A stretch of DNA of 64,000 nt from the NCBI GenBank assembly GCA_041674925.1, contig JBAYUW010000001.1, positions 5,967 to 69,966 on the forward strand. Direction: 5' to 3'. Numbering within the stretch: position 1 is the first letter of the stretch; the number at the start of each line of letters is the position of its first letter. Position numbers and translations under genes: made by a program. The stretch is from Minisyncoccota bacterium. GTDB lineage: Bacteria > Patescibacteriota > Minisyncoccia > Phycocordibacterales > GWA1-40-21. Shown piece after piece: positions 58,279-64,000 of the stretch. Below the pieces are notes generated by a model. It ran no database searches and was not told where the DNA came from. It saw nothing but the letters and a program-made list of their open reading frames with translations.

Positions 58279-59187
58279 ATGGCCAATCGGCACATTGCAA
58301 GATCAATCGTATTACAGTCTTTGTTTGAACTCGATTTTCGAGATTATTCAGACGTTAATCCTGAAGAAATACTTTTGCGCAATGCGGCAGAATTTGCCAA
58401 TGATGTGGTGGATATTAAATTCGTTGAGTCTCTACTTGACGGTGTTTTGAAAAAGAAAAACGAAATTGATCTCGTGATTGAAAAAGCGGCGCCTGATTGG
58501 CCACTTGATAAAATTTCTATGATTGATCGCAACGTTCTGCGTATTGGCCTGTTTGAATTATTATTTGCTGATTCGAAAGAAGTGCCAGCCAAGGTGGCCA
58601 TTAACGAAGCGATTGAACTATCCAAAAATTATGGCGGAGAAAAAAGTAGTAAATTCGTGAACGGTGTCCTTGGTTCTGTCTACAAAGAGTTGGGTGAGCC
58701 GGATAAAGAGGCGACTTCCAAAAAGAAGAAAAATGCCATTGTGGATATTCCATATGAAAAGATGCCGATTGAAAGATTGGGCGGAGCAATTGTTTATACA
58801 AAAAACGAAGGTCAGTATTATCTTGCTCTGGTCCACGATGTCTTTGGTTACTGGACTTTATCCAAGGGCCGACTGGAAGAAGGCGAAAGTGAGACCGACG
58901 GTACCGCTCGAGAAATAAAAGAAGAAATTGGCTTATCGGTAAAGGTTCTAGACGAAATTGGTCGCAATGAATATATTGCCAATCATCCAGAAAAAGGCAA
59001 AGTGCGCAAGCAAGTGACCTATTTTCTTGCTCAATCAGATTATCAAGATCTGCAATTAGAGAAAGACAATGGTGGTTTGGACGAAGCCCGCTGGTTTAAA
59101 TTGACGGAAGTACAAGATATAAAAACCTACGGTGATATTTTGCCGTTCATCACCAAAGCGATTAGCTTGATTTCCCAGCGAGAATAA
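58279..59187 (+). CDS. nusB: NusB transcription antitermination factor fused to a C-terminal Nudix hydrolase domain
   Basis: The N-terminal ~140 aa is NusB (ARSIVLQSLFELDF, DRNVLRIGLFELLF, PAKVAINEAIELSKNYGGEKSSKFVNGVLG). The C-terminal domain has a perfect Nudix box GRLEEGESETDGTAREIKEEIGL (58867-58935). Confidence 0.8.
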   Translation: MANRHIARSIVLQSLFELDFRDYSDVNPEEILLRNAAEFANDVVDIKFVESLLDGVLKKKNEIDLVIEKAAPDWPLDKISMIDRNVLRIGLFELLFADSKEVPAKVAINEAIELSKNYGGEKSSKFVNGVLGSVYKELGEPDKEATSKKKKNAIVDIPYEKMPIERLGGAIVYTKNEGQYYLALVHDVFGYWTLSKGRLEEGESETDGTAREIKEEIGLSVKVLDEIGRNEYIANHPEKGKVRKQVTYFLAQSDYQDLQLEKDNGGLDEARWFKLTEVQDIKTYGDILPFITKAISLISQRE

Positions 59188-59201
59188 GTAATATAAGTTC
59201 T

Positions 59202-59909
59202 ATGACCAAGAAGAATAATCCGGATTTTACCAAGTTTGAAGAATTGTCAGGTATTACCTTTAAGAATAAGGAGCTGTTAAGACGTGCCTTTACTCATCGT
59301 TCATATTTAAATGAAAATCGTGGAACGGAATCTTCGCACAATGAACGCCTAGAATTTTTAGGTGATGCAGTTTTGGAGCTCATGGTCACCGAATATTTGT
59401 TTGAAAAATATCCCGATAGTAATGAAGGAGACCTGACGGCTTATCGCGCGGCTTTGGTGAATGCTATCACCTTGTCTGAAGCGGCGCAGAAAATCAATGT
59501 CAATGATTTTTTGCTGTTATCAAAAGGTGAAACCAAAGATACCGGTAAGGCTCGTCAATATATTTTGGCTAATACTATGGAAGCGATTATCGGCGCGATT
59601 TATTTGGATCAAGGTTATGACGCTGCCAAATATTTTATTTCCAAGAATATTTTCCATTTGATCGACAAGATCATCGAAGAAAAGAGTTGGATTGATGCTA
59701 AAAGTCAGTTTCAAGAAAAAGCTCAGGAGATGGCCGGGACGACTCCTTTATACAAAAGCTTAAAAGAAGAAGGTCCTGATCACGACAAACAGTTTACTGT
59801 GGGGGTCTTTTTGGGCAAAGAGCTGGTGGCTGAAGGGACCGGTAAATCCAAGCAAGAAGCCGAGCAGATTGCCGCGCGCCAAGCTTTGACGATAAAAAAG
59901 TGGTTGTAA
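59202..59909 (+). CDS. rnc: ribonuclease III
   Basis: FTHRSY...NERLEFLGDAVLEL (signature ERLEFLGD), MEAIIGAIYLD, and a C-terminal dsRBD (DHDKQFTVGVFLG.....GTGKSKQEAEQIAA). Confidence 0.95.
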   Translation: MTKKNNPDFTKFEELSGITFKNKELLRRAFTHRSYLNENRGTESSHNERLEFLGDAVLELMVTEYLFEKYPDSNEGDLTAYRAALVNAITLSEAAQKINVNDFLLLSKGETKDTGKARQYILANTMEAIIGAIYLDQGYDAAKYFISKNIFHLIDKIIEEKSWIDAKSQFQEKAQEMAGTTPLYKSLKEEGPDHDKQFTVGVFLGKELVAEGTGKSKQEAEQIAARQALTIKKWL

Positions 59910-59937
59910 ATTCGGCTATTTTTGATAAAATAAGGCG

Positions 59938-62184
59938 ATGTTGAAAAGTATTGAAATATACGGCTTTAAATCTTTTGCGAAAAAAAGCGTCTTGAATTTT
60001 AATACTCCAATCTCAGCGATTGTCGGTCCAAATGGTTCGGGGAAAAGTAATGTCGCCGAGGCTTTTCGTTTTGTCTTGGGTGAACAATCAATTAAATCTT
60101 TGCGTGGAAAAAGAGTGGAGGATTTAATTTTCAACGGCGGAAAAGACGCGCCACGGGCCAACCGAGCCTCCGCCAAAGTTGTTTTTGACAATAGCCGAAG
60201 AATCTTGAACCTAGATTTTGATGAAGTTTCTATTGAACGCGTCATTCATCGTGATTCTGTTTCAGAGTATTTTATTAATGGCTCGGCAGTGCGCTTGAAA
60301 GATATTATTGAATTGCTGGCTTCGGCGCACATCGGTGCCTCTGGTCACCATATTATTTCTCAAGGTGAAGCAGATAAGATTTTGAATTCCAATTTACGTG
60401 AACGCCGTGAGATTATTGAGGAAGCTTTAGGTCTAAAAATTTATCAATATAAGAAAGAGGAGAGTCAAAGAAAATTAGACAAGACCGAGGAAAATATCAA
60501 ACAAGTGGAATCGTTACGTCGCGAGATTGCGCCACATATTAAATTCCTGCAAAAACAAGTCGAAAAAATTGAGAAGACAATCGAGCTAAGAAACAGTCTC
60601 GCTAGTTTGTATCAAGAATATTTTAAACGTGAAGCTGATTATTTAAAAAGCGAGCAGGAAGGTTTACAATCAGAAAAAAGTGAGCCTTTGGCTAAATTGA
60701 AAAGACTGGAAGAGGAATTAAGACAAGCCAAAGATACTCTGGAAAAATCTGAAGGTCGCGATGCCAAGAGTGGACAGATTATAGAAATTGAAAATAAACT
60801 CCGTGCCGAGCGCCTAGCCAAAGATGCGGTCATGCGCGATGTCGGACGAATTGAAGGAGAAATAATTTCTCTCGACCGTTTGCTTAAAAAACAAAAAGAG
60901 GCATCGCAGAATACTCAGGCCAAGATGGTGGAATTGTCGGCGGTTGAAAATTTGTCTAAATCCATCAAACTTGAATTAGAAGAGGCTGAAGGATCAGAGG
61001 ATCTGAGCCGAATTAAAAGTATTTTTCAGAAAATTAAAGAAATTCTGTCGGGTTTTATTGAACAAAACCGTCAGCAAGAAGATCTTTCGGTTACCCAAGA
61101 TTTAGAAAAAGAGATCGCTGATCTGAAGGATAAAAAGAGTAATCTCGAAAGTGATTTAACCAAGCATCTGAATAATGAAACCAGACTTTCAGCTGAATAC
61201 AATGCCGTAAAAGAGGATATTGAGAAAGAAAAAGACTCGAATCGTGATGCAGAAAAAGCCGTCTTCCGTATTGTAGCCGAGCAAAATGAAATCAATACTC
61301 AATTGGCCTCTTTGAATAATCGTGAAGAGAATTTGAAGTTAGCCGAAAATAATTTTAAACAAGAATTGACCGAGGCCGGTGTCTTGGTTGGATTAAACGC
61401 TGTGCGCTATCAGGATTTTGTGATTGGGGAGATGGATACAGATCGTAGTAAACAAGAAGACCGAAGAAGAAACATCGAACGTATTAAAATTCGAATTGAA
61501 GATTCGGGCGTCGGTTCGGGCGAGGAAGTGATGAAAGAATTCCGCGAGGTAAGTGAGCGAGATCAGTTTTTAGCTAAAGAGTTGGAAGACCTCATTAAAT
61601 CGTCAGAGTCCTTACTCGCACTGATCAAAGAACTAGATGATAAATTGGTTTTGGAGTTCAAACTTGGCGTGGAGAAAATAAATATTCAATTCCAAGAATT
61701 TTTCAGTCAAATGTTTGGTGGAGGAACGGCGAAATTAAATGTCATTCGCGAAAAGAAACGAAAGCGTAGTGATACTGATTTAGAAATTGAAAATGATGGT
61801 GAAGTTATTATCGAAGAAGAAGAGGGCGAGGAGGGAATTGATATTGAGGTCAATTTGCCCAAGAAAAAAATCAAAGGTTTGATGATGCTCTCGGGTGGGG
61901 AACGAGCGCTCACCTCGATTGCTTTGCTGTTTGCGATGTCGCAAGTCAATCCACCACCATTTATTATTTTGGATGAAACCGACGCGGCTTTGGATGAAGC
62001 GAATTCGAAAAAATATGGTGATATGATTGCAACTTTGTCCAAATATTCACAGCTAATCTTGGTGACTCACAATCGCGAGACCATGTCCCGCGCTGGAATC
62101 ATTTACGGAGTGACCATGGGTATGGATGGGGTTTCTCGCCTTCTATCAATTCAATTCGAAGAGGCAGTTCAGGTTGCAAAATAA
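59938..62184 (+). CDS. smc: SMC-family chromosome segregation ATPase, unusually short (748 aa), no recognisable hinge
   Basis: N-terminal head GFKSFAKKSVLNF...IVGPNGSGKSNVAEAFRFVLGEQS. C-terminal head LSGGERALTSIALLFAM...PFIILDETDAALD...LILVTHNRETM..IYGVTM. The ~430 aa between them are coiled-coil only. Confidence 0.8.
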   Translation: MLKSIEIYGFKSFAKKSVLNFNTPISAIVGPNGSGKSNVAEAFRFVLGEQSIKSLRGKRVEDLIFNGGKDAPRANRASAKVVFDNSRRILNLDFDEVSIERVIHRDSVSEYFINGSAVRLKDIIELLASAHIGASGHHIISQGEADKILNSNLRERREIIEEALGLKIYQYKKEESQRKLDKTEENIKQVESLRREIAPHIKFLQKQVEKIEKTIELRNSLASLYQEYFKREADYLKSEQEGLQSEKSEPLAKLKRLEEELRQAKDTLEKSEGRDAKSGQIIEIENKLRAERLAKDAVMRDVGRIEGEIISLDRLLKKQKEASQNTQAKMVELSAVENLSKSIKLELEEAEGSEDLSRIKSIFQKIKEILSGFIEQNRQQEDLSVTQDLEKEIADLKDKKSNLESDLTKHLNNETRLSAEYNAVKEDIEKEKDSNRDAEKAVFRIVAEQNEINTQLASLNNREENLKLAENNFKQELTEAGVLVGLNAVRYQDFVIGEMDTDRSKQEDRRRNIERIKIRIEDSGVGSGEEVMKEFREVSERDQFLAKELEDLIKSSESLLALIKELDDKLVLEFKLGVEKINIQFQEFFSQMFGGGTAKLNVIREKKRKRSDTDLEIENDGEVIIEEEEGEEGIDIEVNLPKKKIKGLMMLSGGERALTSIALLFAMSQVNPPPFIILDETDAALDEANSKKYGDMIATLSKYSQLILVTHNRETMSRAGIIYGVTMGMDGVSRLLSIQFEEAVQVAK

Positions 62185-62286
62185 GGCTTGCTATTTTAAG
62201 GAAAATAGTGCATAATAGAAAACTAATTTAATAATTCGTAATTCATCCGCCTACGCTTAAAAAGCTACGGCGGACAAAGCAAACAA

Positions 62287-62772
62287 ATGGGAAAATTTAA
62301 CCGCGGAGGAGGAAATAGTTTTGGTGGCGGTCATGGTGGACATGGCGGTGGTTTTAGAGCACGTGGTAATGGTTTTGGTGGTGGTGATCGCGGTCCGGTC
62401 ACTATGCATGATGTGATCTGTTCAGATTGTCGCAAGAATTGCCAAGTTCCTTTCAGACCAAGTAATGATAAGCCAGTTTATTGTAAAGATTGTTTTGCTA
62501 AACACGGTGGTCCTGATCGCGCCAATTCTGGTCCAATGCCAAGACGCGATTCTTTTGGCGGTAATCGACCAGCCGATAATTTTGCTCAAAATGATATTAA
62601 GACGCAGTTATCAATGATAAATATTAAGTTGGACAAGTTATTGAAATCGGCTAATCTAGATATTATTCCTAAAAAAGAAGTAGTCGTGGCTCCAGCGCCA
62701 GTTTCGGCTCCTGTTATTAAAACAAAAAAAGTGGTAAAATCAGTGAAAGCTAAAAAAGCTTCCAAGAAATAA
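62287..62772 (+). CDS. CxxC-x17-CxxC zinc-ribbon protein with RGG/Gly-rich N-terminus and Lys-rich tail
   Basis: GGGNSFGGGHGGHGGGFRARGNGFGGGDRG, then CSDCRKNCQVPFRPSNDKPVYCKDC (CxxC-17-CxxC), then KTKKVVKSVKAKKASKK. Confidence 0.7.
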   Translation: MGKFNRGGGNSFGGGHGGHGGGFRARGNGFGGGDRGPVTMHDVICSDCRKNCQVPFRPSNDKPVYCKDCFAKHGGPDRANSGPMPRRDSFGGNRPADNFAQNDIKTQLSMINIKLDKLLKSANLDIIPKKEVVVAPAPVSAPVIKTKKVVKSVKAKKASKK

Positions 62773-62795
62773 TTATTAATTAATTTTTTAAAACT

Positions 62796-62918
62796 ATGGC
62801 CAAAAGAGCAAGTCAGGATATTAAAAACAAAACCTCTCGATCACGAAAAACCAAAAAGCGAATGGCGATCAAGCACGCACGTCTAGTTGCCAAGAAGGTG
62901 AAGAAGGGCTGGAAATAA
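62796..62918 (+). CDS. candidate 40-aa highly basic small protein (not in the >=60-aa ORF track)
   Basis: ATG 62796 to TAA 62916-18 gives MAKRASQDIKNKTSRSRKTKKRMAIKHARLVAKKVKKGWK, which fills an otherwise empty 156-nt gap. It is not recognisably L34, L36 or S21. Confidence 0.35.
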   Translation: MAKRASQDIKNKTSRSRKTKKRMAIKHARLVAKKVKKGWK

Positions 62919-62928
62919 TTTTTCAAAT

Positions 62929-63144
62929 ATGATGTTAGATAAAAATATTATGCCACCGGAGTCTGATCTAGAAGAGAAATCTAGAGTAGAAGATGAAATC
63001 GGTATGGCTAGACAAAAGTGTATTATGGAAGGGGCTAGTGGTGGTGCAACTAATCAGCTTGATGGGATATTAACGGATTATTTGAATGGGGATCTTGGTG
63101 CAGATGAGGCTGTTTCGAAAGCAAAGAAAATTTCTGGTCAATAA
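62929..63144 (+). CDS. hypothetical small acidic protein
   Basis: 71-aa ORF with no motif. The coding call rests only on length and packing. Confidence 0.35.
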   Translation: MMLDKNIMPPESDLEEKSRVEDEIGMARQKCIMEGASGGATNQLDGILTDYLNGDLGADEAVSKAKKISGQ

Positions 63145-63153
63145 AATCGATCG

Positions 63154-63645
63154 ATGAAAAATTTATTCTATCGAAAATATTTGGATGAATTTGTGTATGG
63201 TGCTATGGACGGTACGGTCACCACTTTTGCGATTGTGGCTGGAGCGGTGGGAGCGGTTTTAAGTCCAGCGATAATTTTAATTCTCGGCTTTGCCAATCTT
63301 TTTGCCGATGGTTTTTCCATGGCCGCCTCCAACTATCTTTCGGTTAAATCAAAAAACGAGATCGAGCAGATTAATATCGAGAGCCCCCTCAAAAGTGCTT
63401 TTGCAACTTTTGTTTCTTTTATCGTCATTGGCTTCATTCCTCTGTTTTCTTTCGTCTTTGCCTTTCAGTCTTCTTTTCTGATTTCCACCATTTTGACTCT
63501 GATAGCTTTTGCTTTAATCGGCGCAATCAAGGGCAAAATTACTGGTAAAAATTGTTTTCGTTCAGCCATGGAGACTTTATTAATCGGCATCTTGGCCGCC
63601 GGCATTGCTTATTTTGTCGGGGTCTTTTTAAAGAGCATAGCTTAA
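63154..63645 (+). CDS. VIT1/CCC1-family membrane protein (short form)
   Basis: YLDEFVYGAMDGTVTTFAIVAGAVGA is the VIT-family N-terminal signature, followed by 4-5 TM helices. Confidence 0.7.
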   Translation: MKNLFYRKYLDEFVYGAMDGTVTTFAIVAGAVGAVLSPAIILILGFANLFADGFSMAASNYLSVKSKNEIEQINIESPLKSAFATFVSFIVIGFIPLFSFVFAFQSSFLISTILTLIAFALIGAIKGKITGKNCFRSAMETLLIGILAAGIAYFVGVFLKSIA

Positions 63646-63661
63646 TTTAAAAAATAAAAAA

Positions 63662-64000
63662 ATGAAAAAAATTCCTAATGTTGTCTTTAAAACTCGAGTC
63701 TTTGACGGCACACTTACCACCTTAAATAAATATCGCTGGCAAGATGTTTCTTCCCTTGATCTCTTCAGAAAAAAAAGAATAGTCCTCTTTGCTTTACCAG
63801 GCGCCTTTACTCCGACTTGTTCCTCGACTCATTTACCTGGTTATGAAGCAAATTATGCCAAATTCAAGAAACTCGGTATTGATGAAGTGTATTGCCTCTC
63901 GGTCAATGATGCTTTTGTCATGTTTAACTGGGCGAAAGATTTAAAAATTAAAAAGGTAAAATTATTACCCGATGGTTCTGGCTTATTTACAAAGAAATTA
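63662..64000 (+). CDS. Prx5-type peroxiredoxin, 3' end outside window
   Basis: RIVLFALPGAFTPTCSSTHLPGY (PGAFTPTCS peroxidatic Cys motif), VYCLSVNDAFVM. Confidence 0.85.
   Translation, partial: MKKIPNVVFKTRVFDGTLTTLNKYRWQDVSSLDLFRKKRIVLFALPGAFTPTCSSTHLPGYEANYAKFKKLGIDEVYCLSVNDAFVMFNWAKDLKIKKVKLLPDGSGLFTKKL

Noticed and set aside
59916-62042. Minus-strand ORFs 59916-60245, 60639-60833, 61071-61295 and 61707-62042
   Set aside because: All are antisense within the smc-like gene. They are S/F/L-rich out-of-frame products of K/E-rich coiled-coil codons.

Overview
This 64-kb chromosomal segment is AT-leaning and looks like a small-genome Candidate Phyla Radiation/Patescibacteria (Parcubacteria-like) bacterium. 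That placement is an inference from gene content only: a minimal IF-2, a single-chain PheRS, VirB2/TrbC-like pilin arrays, a CxxC-x17-CxxC protein, a glycine-rich-domain surface protein, and almost no Shine-Dalgarno (SD) sites. The genetic code is standard, with TGA used as a stop.

The core content is as follows:
- Translation: valS, pheS, gatB, prfA, infB, rbfA, rpsA, rpsB, rplY, rpmE, rpmF, tsf, trmD and 7 tRNAs.
- A glycolysis/pentose-phosphate block: eno, gpmI, rpiB, an rpe-like gene and fba.
- Other housekeeping genes: gyrB, gyrA, clpB, a short smc, rnc, rnhB, nusB and obg.

The accessory or unusual content is as follows:
1. Five GC-rich ORFan genes are dropped singly between core genes. 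All five contrast in GC with their AT-rich neighbours. Four of the five have a GGAGG/GGAG Shine-Dalgarno site (cassette D does not) and four have a GC-rich terminator (378-833 has only a weak AT-rich hairpin). Three share one nearly identical promoter module. A 41-48 nt direct repeat of that module brackets the cassette next to rnhB.
2. An orphan solute-binding protein is followed by six tandem VirB2-like small membrane proteins.
3. A minus-strand tRNA array is split by a plus-strand 2.3-kb segment. That segment encodes a Pro-rich/coiled-coil protein with an apparent +1 frameshift.
4. An AT-rich operon at 960-5674 encodes a kinase, aminotransferase, methyltransferase, GT2 and nucleotidyltransferase.
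5. Free-standing LAGLIDADG and HNH endonucleases sit beside tRNA genes.
6. Domain-architecture oddities include a mitochondrial-type single-chain PheRS, a NusB-Nudix fusion, a hinge-less short SMC and a triad-less trypsin-like protein.

No rRNA, CRISPR array, transposase or integrase was seen.
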